64,000 nt of DNA from Blastocladiella emersonii ATCC 22665 (taxonomy: Eukaryota > Fungi > Blastocladiomycota). Location: contig JANHCV010000006.1 of the NCBI GenBank assembly GCA_025594325.1, positions 1,674,001-1,738,000 on the forward strand, read 5' to 3'. Both the position numbers and the translations under genes were made by a program. The notes below the pieces were generated by a model, which did no database searches, was not told where the DNA came from, and saw only the letters and a program-made list of their open reading frames with translations. Below, in pieces: positions 35,655-47,461 of this stretch; within the stretch, counting starts at the first letter, position 1; each line of letters starts with the position of its first letter.

Positions 35655-36981
35655 ATGTCTACACCAAGCAAGTTCCGACTCGAGCTGCCGCAGTCGCGAG
35701 TCGGGCGGACCCTGCTCGGCGTGTCGCTGCTGCAGGCCATCATCGTGATCGTGATCGAGGCCGTCGTGGCCAACATCGTGATCCCGAAGATCAACACCCA
35801 GGACCTCAACGACCCGAACCGAGGGCTGCCCGTGTACATGATGATCTTTGTCGGCACGCAGATCTGGAACATGTACCTGTCGTGGGACGCGGTACATTCG
35901 CGTTTCGAGACCGCCGCCGACACGACGCGGCCCTCGCTGACCGCGACCCACCCCTCGACACGGCCGTGTAGATTCTCAAGCAGAACACGATTCAGCTCAT
36001 CGCCTTTGTCATGTTCAACGCGTGCACGTTCGCGTACTCGATCTTCCAGTTCCGCCAGGTCAACCAGGCCGACGTCGCGGGCGGGCCGCTCCTCTACGCC
36101 GTGTCGGTCGTGCTCGGCGCCTTCACGCTCATCTTCGCGTACCTCGCGTACAAGCTGTACCTCGAGTTCGGCTGGAAGATCTACAAGAAGATTGGCGCCG
36201 ACCCGAACATGAAGAGTACGTACGGCGGTTCCGCGTCGCGGAATGAACGCTAACGCTCCGCACCGTAGACATGTTCCGGTACTACCAGGTGTTCCTGACG
36301 CTGCTCAAGGTCGACGTCTTCTTCTGGCTCGCCTTCTCGATCCAGTACCTCGTGCTCGTGCTCAAGCAGGAGGACGCCGAGTTCGTCCTGACCATTGTCT
36401 CGATCCCGTTCACGCTCATGATCCTCATCACCGCTGTCTACGGGGTATCAATCTCGCGCCCCGCCGCCGCCGCCTAAAGGCCCGACTCACGCGCACCTAC
36501 GTCTAGCTTCGCCGCGAGTCCAAGCCTGTGATGGCCTCGTTCGTCGCGGGCCTCGCGTTCGGCATCGCCTACTTTGTGTTCAAGATCGTGCGCATCTGGA
36601 CGCTCAACCGCGAGCGTCTCTACGGCACGCAGCTGTTCCTGACCTTCTTCGGTACGCCGTGCGACGGATCAGCCGTCGACTCTCAACTAACCGGCGTCAC
36701 GCATCGTAGCGGCCCTGTCCATCGTGATGCTGGTCATGACCTTTGCCAACTCGATCGTGTGCATGCTCAACTTTGGCAAGGGTCTTAAGAGCCACAGTAC
36801 GTTTCTCCGCCCGCCTGTCTCCGCCCGCCCGTTGTTCGGGCGGCGGGAGCTGTCACTCCTCGCAACGCGATCAGAAAACTCATCACGAACCGCGCGCGCT
36901 CCGCTCTCTCTAGTCACGACCGCGGCGCCAAGCGTATCACCCGCCAAGGTCGACAACCCCGTGCGCTCCACGCTGGTGTAG
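35655..36981 (+). CDS. Multi-pass membrane protein, UPF0658 (fungal Golgi membrane protein)-like, multi-exon
   Basis: Exon chain includes WDAV-KQNTIQLIAFVMFN, EFGWKIYKKIGADPNMK-MFRYYQVFLTLLKVDVFFWLAFSIQY and CMLNFGKGLK, a pattern typical of this fungal family. Confidence 0.7.
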
Positions 36982-37963
36982 GTCGCTTGCGTGGACCCGC
37001 ACTCGCTCGACGTCCCCCTTTTGCATGTTATTTCCCTCTCTGCTGCTTCGGTAAACCGTTTGCGATATCCCATGCCTCCTCCTCGAGCACTCGCTCAGTC
37101 ACCGACGACGCGACGCGCCACGACGTTGAGACACGATGGCGTGCGAGACACTGGTGGGGTCAGGTGCGAGTGGGTGGCCGAGCAGCTGCTGTTGGGGTTC
37201 CGTGGCAGCAGCGACGCGGCGGCCGGCTGAGGTGCTTGGGGTCCCGCCGCCGGCCCTCGCTCTCCCAACTCGCCCAGTGGCGCAGCCCCGTGGGGACTCG
37301 AAGTCGGCTTTCATGCGCAGCACTTGCTGCAAGAGGTGCACCCGAGGTCGCTCACGGCCGCGAGCGCTGTGTGGCAGCGCGGGTCGGGGCTGCGAGCGTT
37401 GGACTTGAGCGCGCGCGTCGGCGTGCGACTACGACGCGCCGCCGACCTAACCTTCGCTGCTCCTGCTTCGTCCTCCTCACATCAGAGCCTCGGTGGCGAG
37501 CGAGCGTGAGAAGATCCTGATGTCATGGGCGCGGCCGGCCGCGAATGAGGTCGATAACGGAGCTCCGGAACTTGCCGCATCCGCGGCGATGATGGCACGC
37601 CGCGGCCCACGGCCTACCGGATGCTATCGCAGCAGTGCGGCTTCTTTTCCGCGGAGTCCAGTGGATCCGCTCGTCTGACGTGCCTCGTCCCCCAAACCGA
37701 TCGCCTTTCACAGTCACGGTCGTTCGCCGCGTCTCCCCAACACGGCACGGTTCTTCGAGCGAGGCGACGCGCGCGAGGCTTGCGTCGTGCCCCGACCCGA
37801 TCATGGCCACCATCACTCGCTCCTGAGCCGGACTTGGGGACTTCCGAGAGCATCTCGCGCCGTGCTCGGCGTGGATATAAGGCGGGCCGGGCCCCGCGTC
37901 GCCCTCGCGCTCTGCCCTGATCCGCCGACCTCTCTTCCCTCTCTGCTGCAACGAATCACCACC

Positions 37964-38913
37964 ATGACCTCGACACTCAGCTCCATGGCGTCGGCGCTGC
38001 CCAACGACGCGTTCCGCGCGACGATGCCGCTGGCGTGGCTCGAGCCGATCCTCGCCGACTGGCGCGTGCCCGCGGCCGTGGCCGTCGTGTACGGAGCGAC
38101 GGTGGTGGCGCTGAACCCGACCAAGGCGCAGGCGGCGGCGAACCGCGGCAAGGGCAGCGGCCCGCTCATGACGGCGGCCGTGTTCCTGCACAACGTGGTG
38201 CTGTGCGCGTTCTCGGCGTGGGTGTTCGTGGGCGCCGCGCCCATCTTCGCGCGCAACCTGCTTGCCGACCCGAGCGTCGCGACGTGGTGCGACCGGTCCG
38301 GCGCGTACTGGACCGAGGCGCTCGGCTACTACACGTGGGTCTTCTACCTGTCCAAGTACTGGGAGATCCTCGACACGGTCATCATCCTCGCCAAGGGCAA
38401 GCAGTCGTCGCTGCTCCAGACCTACCACCACATTGGCGCCATCCTGTGCATGCACGTCAACTACTACACGGCCTCGACGCCCGTCGTCTTCTTTGTCATC
38501 TTCAACAGCTTCATCCACACGATCATGGTACGCTCCGTTCGCGCTTGTCTCGAATCGCGACCCGTTGCTCACTCTCGCGCCGCCCGCTCTCTCTATAGTA
38601 CCTGTACTACGCCCTGACCACGGCCGGCATCTCGCCGCCGGGCAAAAAGTACCTGACGCGCATGCAGATCTCGCAGTTTGTCGTCGGCATGTCCATGGCG
38701 CTGTCGTTCCTGGTCCTCGAGGCCGTGCACGGCGAGGGCAGCTGCCTCAAGAACCGCCAGTGGAACCGCTTCGCCATCCTCTTCAACGTCGCCTACCTCA
38801 TCCCGCTTACGTACCTGTTCGTCGACTTCATGTGGCGCACCTACGGCCGCAGCCGGCCTGCGGCCACCAAGCCCAAGGCGGACGGCGGCAAGGCGCACCT
38901 CAAGGAGGAGTGA
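37964..38913 (+). CDS. Very-long-chain fatty acid elongase (ELO/GNS1/SUR4 family)
   Basis: Motifs FYLSKYWEILDT, LQTYHH (histidine box), NSFIHTIM|YLYY and TRMQISQF. One intron at about 38528..38598. Confidence 0.93.
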
Positions 38914-40050
38914 GTGGGTGAGTGAGCGCGCAGGCGACGCGGGTGTGTGGATGTGCATAAAATATTCAAATTAGCTCATCCCTTACTGGTGGTTGTGAGC
39001 GACGCGAGAGTTCGGGTCGCGTCCTGACGCGCGTCAAAGCGGACACGGCAGGCAAAACCCAAGCCGGTCCCGCGCCGCGTGAACACGAGAAGCGAGCGAG
39101 AGTCCGCAAAAGAGGCAAGAAGCGGGTGTGGTGTGCCGTGCTGGTTGCTCGCGCGCGGAGCTGTGCGAGTCGCTGAAGTCCAGTACCGAACAGTTGGATG
39201 TGCGGTGCTGCGAGCGATTCGAGGCGTAACGGCGCGCGAGGACGACGAGGATGGGCCAGGGGCAGGCAGCGAAGCGTAGAGCCATCAGCCTCGGTGTCCG
39301 CGAACTCTGCCGTTCTCCTGCAAGCGTCAAACCGCGCGATACGGAAAGTCGCATAGCGCGATCAAGGAGTGCTTGCACCAGACAGTGAGACGCGCCGGTG
39401 CCTCACGAGTTCGGAGTTGCCCTCATGGACGCGCGAGCTCCGCGTGCCATTCGACATATGTCGATGAGCGGAACAAACGGTCGACGTGCGGCACCGCGAG
39501 GTACGAGAACCCTGTCGCGACAAGTCGGCAAGGTGGGGTGTGTGTGAAGGGGCGGGTGCACCGGGCCGCCATGGCCGTCGGAAGAGGCCTGATTTGCACG
39601 ACGGTCGCAGTCCGCGAACACGGCGAAGCTCACAAGCTGCTCCTCGGACACGATACGGCGTGATGTGCGAGCTCACACCGCAAGACCGGCGCCATAACCG
39701 CAGCTCAACAGGCGCTACGGGCATCGCCGGTCGTCGGGCTCGACCCCGCACGAGAGAGCGCGGGATCGAGGTTCTCTCGCTCACATGAGACGGTTTCATG
39801 AAGAAAGAGAATGCATTGAAGAGGGGTTCACGGACATGGTGAGGCGAGCGAGAGCGAGAGTCGCAGGGACTTGGGCGCCGGCGCCGAGGCGACCCCCAAC
39901 CTCAAGTGTGGCTGAACTCCGGTCAGCTGACGACTCGATTTTCACTCCGCCACGGCGGGCGCAGGCGGCCGCCAACGTTCGTGCCGGGCTGCAGCATGTC
40001 CTGCTCCCCCCTCGCAGTCTGAACGTAACGTCACTACGTTTCCCAGCACA

Positions 40051-41278
40051 ATGGTCCGCTGCTGCCGCCGCCGCCCCGACGCCGACGCCGCGCGCATGGT
40101 GACTGACGCCGAGCCCGCCGAATTTATTGCCATGTATCTGCACGACGACGACGACGACGCCACCACGACACCATGTATCGACACCCCGCCTACGCCCTGA
40201 TGGATGGATGCGCCTGACCACCCGGATGCATCGCTGTGCCCACCACTCCGCACTCGCTCGCTCGCCTCGAAAAAACGCTACGCACGCACGTACGCCGAAT
40301 CGCTGCCCTGCTTGCACCATGCGCGCCGAAAAACTGCGTCGTCGTCCACGCCGATCGTGACAACTTCGCGCCGTTTCGCAAAACCCGCAGTCGCCCACTC
40401 CCCTCGTTCAGGTCGGCCGCGTGGTCCTCATCAACTACGGTCCCGATGCCGGCAAGATCGCCACCATCGTCGACATCGTTGACCACAACCGCGTACATAT
40501 CTCGCCGCCCGCTCCCTTTACGCTGCCCGCTCGCCCGCCCGTCGCTCGCTCGTTTCCCCGCTCCTCCCCGGTCGCATCCTCGTGTGGTGCGGCCGAGTTG
40601 AGTTTTGAGCTCGTTTCTCGCTCGCTCGCCGTTCGAACGCCCGGAACCCTCTCGGACCTCTGCTCGCGCGAGAAATCGGCGGAACGGCCGTTTGCGCGGT
40701 CGATTTGCTGGGTTTTCCGCCGAAAACGCACGTCGGGCCGATTCTGGGTGTCCTGCGGTTCCCGGCGAACCTATGGTCTCGCCAGTGTACTCGCTGTGGC
40801 GCTCTGCAGCGTCCGCGAGACCGTGCTAGACGGCGAACGGCTGACTGTGGCGCAGTTTGCGCGACTCAATGTCCGACCGAGCGAACGAGAACGAGCGCGA
40901 ACGACATGGGCTAACGGGCAGCGTCCACCTTCTCTCGAGAACCGTCGACTAACGCATCGCATCGCTTCAATTCTACCATAGGCCCTCGTCGACGGCCCCA
41001 CCACCGACGTCCGCCGCCAGGTCCTGACCTTCAAGCGCCTGTCGCTCACCAAGATCGTCCTCGAGAAGATCCCCCGCGCCATCGGCACCGGCTCGCTCAA
41101 GAAGAAGCTCGAGGCCCAGGACCTCGCCGGCAAGTGGGCCGCCACCACCCGCGCCCAGAAGCTCGCCTCCCGCGAGCGCCGCACCAACCTCTCGGACTTC
41201 GAGCGCTTCAACGTGTACCTGCTCAAGAAGAAGCTCCGCGCCACCAAGAACAAGATCGCCAAGTCGGTCAAGGCCTAA
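40051..41278 (+). CDS. RPL14: 60S ribosomal protein L14 (eL14) with two long introns
   Basis: [28 protein letters not shown]|[13 protein letters not shown]...LSDFERFNV. Intron 2 is 40493..40981. The first exon is probably ATG only (40051-40053, intron to 40390); this start is inferred. Confidence 0.93.
40600..40910 (+). ncRNA. Candidate structured intronic RNA (class unresolved)
   Basis: Nested reverse-complement pairs: 40609-40628/40878-40896, 40628-40635/40834-40841, 40676-40684/40715-40723 and 40775-40782/40815-40822. Confidence 0.5.
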
Positions 41279-41714
41279 ATTGACTTGTTTGGTTTTGGTT
41301 GCTTGGAATCCCCCTACGGTGATGTGTGACGGGCGCCCCCCTGCCCTCGCGCCAGCGCTTGGATAATAAACTGGTTAACAAAAACACGTAGCCTAGCAGT
41401 TCGTCTTGTCTCGCCTGAACCTCGCTCAACCACGGAAATCGTTGCCCGATTACGGAGCTGTTGGTCGCTTGCGGTCGCGGCGCACGCGTCTCCCGTCGCG
41501 GCGGGCTTGAAATGAGAGACGCGTCGTGCGAGACGCGTGGATGCTGCACCGCGACTTGGCACGCTTCGCCAAAATACTACCGATCCCGCACAACCCGCAC
41601 AACCCGCACCACACCACCACCATGAACGCTCGATGACACTGATCGCAACGGATCCGCCGATTCTCCAACTGCCAATCTCCACCCGTTCTCCCAACCGTCC
41701 CGTCCGCCTACACC

Positions 41715-43579
41715 ATGCCCCCCGCCGTCAAGGCCAAGAAGGGCGCGAGCAAGAAGGGCGGCAAGAAGGCCAAGGCCGCCGAGGAGGCCGCGCGGCAAGC
41801 GGCCCTCGCTGAGGCGCGGCTCACTGCGCTCAAGACGCTCCGCACCACGTACATTGCCCAGGCCAAGCTGTTCCTCCGCGAGCCCATCCCCGTCGTCGTA
41901 TCGCGGCTCGACCGCGCCGTCATCGACAACGCCGACGTACCCGCCATCGCGCTGTCCAAGGCGCACCTCGCGCCGAGCGACCTGTGGGCGCTGTCCACGG
42001 GCTTTGCGGGCTACGCCGCGCTCACGCAGCTCTCATTCCTCATGGTGCCCATGGACGACAAGATGGTCGCGGTGCTGGTACGGCCGAGCTGCGCGGCGGC
42101 GGCTATAGCCACTGCGTTCTCATCGACGCGGGACTTGCGCGTGCGCGCGTGTGTAGTCGCAGTGGATTCGCGCGCATCCGACCATGGCCGTACTTTCCAT
42201 CATCGACTCGAAGCTGGGTCCCTCGTGCACGGCCATTCTCGCCGAGTGTCTCCCACACTCGGGCATCACCTCGCTCACGCTCGACTACAACCCCATCGGT
42301 TCGGGCTGGCCCGCGCTGCTCATGGCCCTCGTACCGCCCGCTGACACGGGCGCCATGGGATCGATTGCCCAGCTTCGTGGCGGTACCGTGTGCGAGCCGT
42401 GCAAGCACCAGCGAGAAGCAGCGGCCGCGGCCGCCGCGGCGCAGCTCGCTGCGGCAGAACCGGGTATCGCGTCGGCCGCGCCCGTTTCACCACGAGCACC
42501 GCTCACGACCAAGGCCGGCGCGACACCCGAGAGCTTGGCCGAGACTGCGCGGCTCAACGCGCCGCACTCGCGCCTGCAGCGGCTATCGGCCAAGTTCACG
42601 GACCTGGGCGCCGACGCGGGCGAGCCGCTCGCGGCCATGATCCGCTCGATCCAGTCCCTCAAGTGCGTACGCCCGCGACCATGATCCCTCCCCCGAACCT
42701 CACCATCCACCTCGTCTCATCGCATTTAGAGAGCTCGACATCAGCGGAAACCATCTGGGCGCGCGCGGCTTTTCGCTCCTCTGCGGCGCGCTACGCGCCA
42801 ACTCGACGCTCGAGTCGCTCAACGTCGCGGCCAACGCCATCCGGGTCCCGGCCGCGCCGACCGCGGCCGCGAGCAACCCGATCGGCGTAGCCTTCAACGT
42901 CGGTCGAGCCGCTGCTGCGCTGCAGGGCAAAGGCGGCAGCGTCCCGCCGACGCCGACCGGCGGCGCCTCGGCCACGATCGGGTTCCCCGCGTCGCTCCCA
43001 CCGCTGTCTGTCTCGATCCCCGAGGAGTCCGCGGACGGCGGCAGCAACAGCGATATCCCGCCTCCATCCACCACAACGGCGCCCCCTACGGGCCTCTCGT
43101 CGCTCTCCGCGCTGCGACGACTCACGCTGAACGGCACACCGACGACGGCCGTCCCGCCGACCCCGTCCCCGGCGGGCCCGAGCTCCGCGGCGTCGATCCT
43201 GACCATGGACCGCGACGCCGCGGCAAGGGACCTCGCGTGGGTCGCGCACGCCGCCGCGCACCTGTCGGCGGTGCTCTCAGCGACCGAGGGCACGGCGCTG
43301 CAGCTGCTCGACCTGCGCCACAACACGCTCGGCGACGACACGGCGACGGCGGTGCTCGAAGCGCTCAAGTCGCGCAAGACGTGGCTCACGTCGGGCGTCG
43401 CGGCGGGGAGCGGCGGAGCCGCACCGCCCGTCGTCGTCCACCTCAGCGAGCGCACGCGGCCCGCCATCTTCGCCAAGCTCGTCGAGGTGAACCGGTGGAT
43501 GGACGCGCTGATCAAGAAGCGGCGCGCCGCGGCGGCCAAGCGGAAGGGCAAGGGCGGGGCCAAGAAGAAGAAGGTGTGA
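41715..43579 (+). CDS. RNI-like leucine-rich-repeat protein with Lys-rich termini (multi-exon)
   Basis: LRR units ITSLTLDYNPIG, LQRLSAKFTDLG, LDISGNHLG, LESLNVAAN and LQLLDLRHNTLG. Termini are KAKKGASKKGGKK and KRKGKGGAKKKKV. Confidence 0.7.
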
Positions 43580-43950
43580 GCGGGTCGGTCGGACCGTGTA
43601 TACCAATGTAGACTTCACCGCTGCCATGGAAGTGTGTGTGTGTGCGAGGGTCGTGATCGGCGCTGTGATCTGGACACAAGGCGCGAGCACTCATGTCGGC
43701 GTGAGCTCCGCGTGCGATTCTGAAACCCGGCCCCGCTTTTTCAACCGTAGCTGCGAGGAAAACGCCCAGCGCCACCCTTGCGAGACAGCGTTTGAGATGG
43801 ACGTCACCACGTTGTTGTGGCACAGGAACAAACGCCCGTTAGGATCGCCCCCGCTGACGCCCGCGGACGACCTGGGCCTACAAAAGTCGGCGCGGTCCAT
43901 CGCCACTCCTCCCCTCTCCTGCCCAGCCCCTGATCCTCGCGCACCCCACC

Positions 43951-45834
43951 ATGACGGCTACCTTCCGCAAGGGCGCGATCCTGGCGCTGATCCTGGCGGT
44001 GACGGTCGTCGCCGCCATGGACGCCTCGTTTGAGGGCAACCTGGCGTACCAGTCGCCGTTCCTCAACCTGCCCGAGCTCGCCGTGCAGCCCGCCGAGCAC
44101 CACAAGCGCCACGTCCTCGCCAAGCGCGACACGCCCGACGTCGACGTCAAGTTCATCCACGGCGCCGCCTCGGGTGGTACGTTCATTCGCCCGCCGTGGT
44201 GGCGCAGTTCAGCAACTCACCCGATCAGCGCTCGCATCGTTTCTCCAGATCCCCTCGCCGACCGCGTCATCCTCTGGACCAAGGTGACGCCGTCGACGAC
44301 CAAGTTCCCCGTCAAGGTCAACTACGAGGTGTCGGCCGACCGCACCTTCGCCGCCGACTCGATCGTCAAGTCCGGCTCCGTGCTGACCACGGACGACGTC
44401 GACTGGACCGTCAAGGTCGACGTCGACGGCCTCAAGCCCCAGACCACCTACTTCTACCGCTTCTTCGCCGGCAACGCCATCTCGCGCGTCGGCCGCACCA
44501 AGACCCTCCCGACCCCCGATACCCCCGTCGACATGGTCCGCGTCGCCGCCATCTCGTGCAGCTCGATGCCCCACGGCTACTTCCACGCCCACGCCCGTAT
44601 TGCTGAGCGCGAGGATATCGATCTCGTGCTCGAGCTTGGTGGTACGTTGCGTCTCGCTCGTTTGGGAGCCATGTGATCCGACCACTGATGTCTCTTCCTC
44701 TCCACGCGTCTTCTCCTCGTCCTCTTGCGTAGACTACATCTACGAGCACCCCGAGTCCAAGCCCATCAAGTCCGGCAAGCTCGGCGGCGAGCGCGCGCCG
44801 CAGCCGTCGTACCAGACCTTCACGCTGTCCGACTACCGCACGCGCCACTCGCAGTACAAGCGCGACAAGGACACGCAGGCGCTGCACCTCGCGCACCCGA
44901 TGGCGTCGATCGCCGACGACCACGAGACAATCGACAACGCGAGCCGCGACGGCGCGCCCAAGCACGACCCCAAGACGCAGGGCGACTGGAAGGTGCGCAT
45001 GGCGGCGTCGACGCGCGCCTACTTCGAGTACATGCCGATCCGCAACGAGGTCGACAAGCAGCAGTACCGCATGTACCGCACGTTCCGGTTCGGCAACATG
45101 GCCGACATCATCTTCGCCGACTCGCGCTACGACGGCCGCGACCTGCAGGCCGTGGGCGACATCAACAAGCGCAAGATCATGAGCGACAAGCAGGAGGCCT
45201 GGTTCCACAACGAGCTCGTGTCGTCCAAGGCCAAGTACCGCGTCATCGCCAACCAGGTCATGTTCGCGCCCATCCCCCACAAGATCCTCGGTTACGAGAT
45301 CGAGATTACCAGCGATGCGTACGTGTTCTTGCGGTTTCGCGAGTGGGGGTGGACGAAAAACTGACTCGATCGCGGTCGGACAGCTGGGTCGGCTACCCCT
45401 ACAACCGCAACCGCCTCCTAAACCTCATGGCGACCAAGAAACTCAATGATTCTCTCATTTTGACGGGCGACCTCCATTCCAGCATCGCCAGCAACATCTA
45501 CAGCGATTCCCTGCCGTACAACAAGGAGTCTGGCGAGGGCGCGCTCATGACCGAGTTCGTCGGCCCGTCGGTCACCTCCGAGTCGTCCGTGTTTGACAAC
45601 AAGGTGCTCTCGGACATGGCTGGCCCCGTTCTCAAGCTCGTCAACAAGGGCGCGCAGTGGACCGACTTCTACCGCCACGGGTACATGGTGCTGCAGCTGA
45701 CCAACGAGTTTGCGCGGACGGAGTACTGGTACGTCCAGGACATCAAGAAGCTCGACGGCGGCCGCGAGATCCTTGGTGTCGTCCTCGAGTCCAAGCGCGG
45801 TTCCAACCGTATTACAAAGAAGTATTCCCCCTGA
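43951..45834 (+). CDS. phoD: Secreted alkaline phosphatase D (PhoD family), multi-exon
   Basis: Signal peptide, DPLADRVILWT, SCSSMPHGYF, LG|DYIYE, DDHETIDN, AYFEYMPIR, DSRYDGR, DSWVGYP and LTGDLHSS. Confidence 0.92.
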
Positions 45835-45849
45835 AAGAGGCCACCAACG

Positions 45850-45965
45850 GCGGTGGACGCCTGCAGCGCGTCGCTCGGCTCGGCGAGTCGTGGTTGCTGG
45901 ACTCGCGGTGGCCGCGAACGCCTGCAGCGCGTCGCGGCTCGGGCGAGTCGTAGTTGCTAGACCTG
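45850..45965. repeat. Imperfect tandem duplication of about 55-60 nt, each copy able to form a hairpin
   Basis: ACGCCTGCAGCGCGTCGC...GCGAGTCGT(G/A)GTTGCT starts at 45857 and again at 45918. Confidence 0.7.
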
Positions 45966-46197
45966 CCCCTAGATTCCATACACTACATGATTCTCCTCCA
46001 CTAGTATCTGTCCAGCGTGCGAGCGGCTTAATTTTCTCAAAGTGAGTCCAGATTGACCATGGTCGTGGCCACGGTCGTCAAATGCAGCGTGATCACGCCA
46101 AGTCGCGGCAACTGCCGCGGCCTTCTGATCTCCTTGTGAATATCTCACTCGCTCGATCTCGTAGCAATAGGGTCTCGTATAGTGTGAATTTATTGCG

Positions 46198-47283
46198 TCA
46201 GCGGTCTCGCCGCGGCGAGTAGTCGCGACGGCGGTCGTAGTCGTGGTCACGGTCACGGTCCCGACTCCGCTCCCGCGGCCGCTCCGACCGACCCGAGTCG
46301 TCGCGCTTCCTTGGGCTGCCGTCCTCGCGGTAGCGGTTGCGGCGGTCTCGGCCATAGTCGCGATCCCGATCGCGTTCACGCTCGCGCCCTCCATCATCCC
46401 GTCGCCGGCCGTAGCCATGATCACGGTCACGACTGGCCGACCGCTCGCGCTCGCGCTTGGAGCTGGACGATGAGGACGACTTGTGGTGCTTGCTGCTCTT
46501 CTTCTTGGCCTTCTTGTCGCGCTTGGCCTTGCGCTTGGCGCGCTCCTCGGCGCGGAGCTCGGCCTTGGCCTGCTTGAGGTACTGGTACATGGGGTCCTCG
46601 GGGTCGAGTCCTGGATCCGAGACCTCGCCGTCGTCGCCGTCCGACCCCTCGTCCACCGCCGCGGGTGCCGCCTCGTCTCGACGGTTACCGTACTTGCGCT
46701 CGAGCTCCGCGAGCGACTTGCCGTAGATCTCGGGGGCGGCGTTCCCTCCGAACCGGTCCTCGAAGAAGCGGCGGCGCGGTGCCTCGGGATCGTCCGGGTC
46801 GAGGTCGGGGCGGTTGTACTCCTTGACGTGGTCGACGCGCAGCACGCGGCCCAGCAGCTTGGCGCCGTTGAAGTTGTCGACGGTCAGGTCCGTCGACCGC
46901 TGGTCCTCGAACTTGAGGAACGCGAAGCCGCGCGACTTGCCCGTCTCCTTGTCGCGGACCAGGTTGATGTCGAGGATCTCGCCGAACCTAGATTCGGGGA
47001 GCGAGTGTGAGTCGTGGGTGCCGTGGAAAAGGGGACCGTCCAACGTACTGCGAGAAGACACACAGGATGTCGCCCTCGGTCAGGTCGAACGAGAGCCCGC
47101 CGACGTAGACGAGCGACGAGGCGCGGAACTCGTCGTGCCACGACCCGGCGTGGCCGGCGATCCCCGCCGCGAGCTCGGCCGCGTTGAGCTTCTCGATGGC
47201 GCGGATGTTGCTACCGCCGCGAGCTCATGTGAGTTTTCATGTCCGTGCTTCATTGCAGGATGTCTGTGGGATGCATACTTCAT
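46198..47283 (-). CDS. RBMX2: RES complex RRM protein Snu17/Ist3 (RBMX2)
   Basis: Spliced sequence MN|NIRAIEKLN...SWHDEFRASSLVYVGGLSFDLTEGDILCVFSQ|FGEILDINLVRDKETGKSRGFAFLKFEDQRSTDLTVDNFNG, followed by an RS/RD-rich tail. Confidence 0.92.
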
Positions 47284-47461
47284 GGCCTTGCGGGGTCGCG
47301 AGAGAGAGAAGCCGCGCCGCCGTCCTCGACACGGCAGCCAAGTTCGCACCGACGCGACGCTGCCGCTCGCGCTCCCCCCGCATCGCACCGCCCGTCCATG
47401 AAGCTCTCGTGAATGTGAATGTAACTCGTCGCAACCTTGCCCCTGCTCATCCATCATCGCC

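Noticed and set aside
39330-39680. GGAAAGUC (39343) resembling RNase MRP/P CR-I, with a possible partner UGCGAGCUCA near 39666
   Set aside because: The pairing does not reproduce the canonical bulged-U P4 helix, and I could not identify P1 or P2 helices. The match is too weak without a covariance search.
40668-40686. GAGAAAUCGGCGGAAC resembling yeast RNase P CR-I
   Set aside because: Its best partners lie only 40-60 nt downstream rather than at the 3' end, so it is not accepted as evidence for RNase P. The structured-RNA finding is kept without a class.
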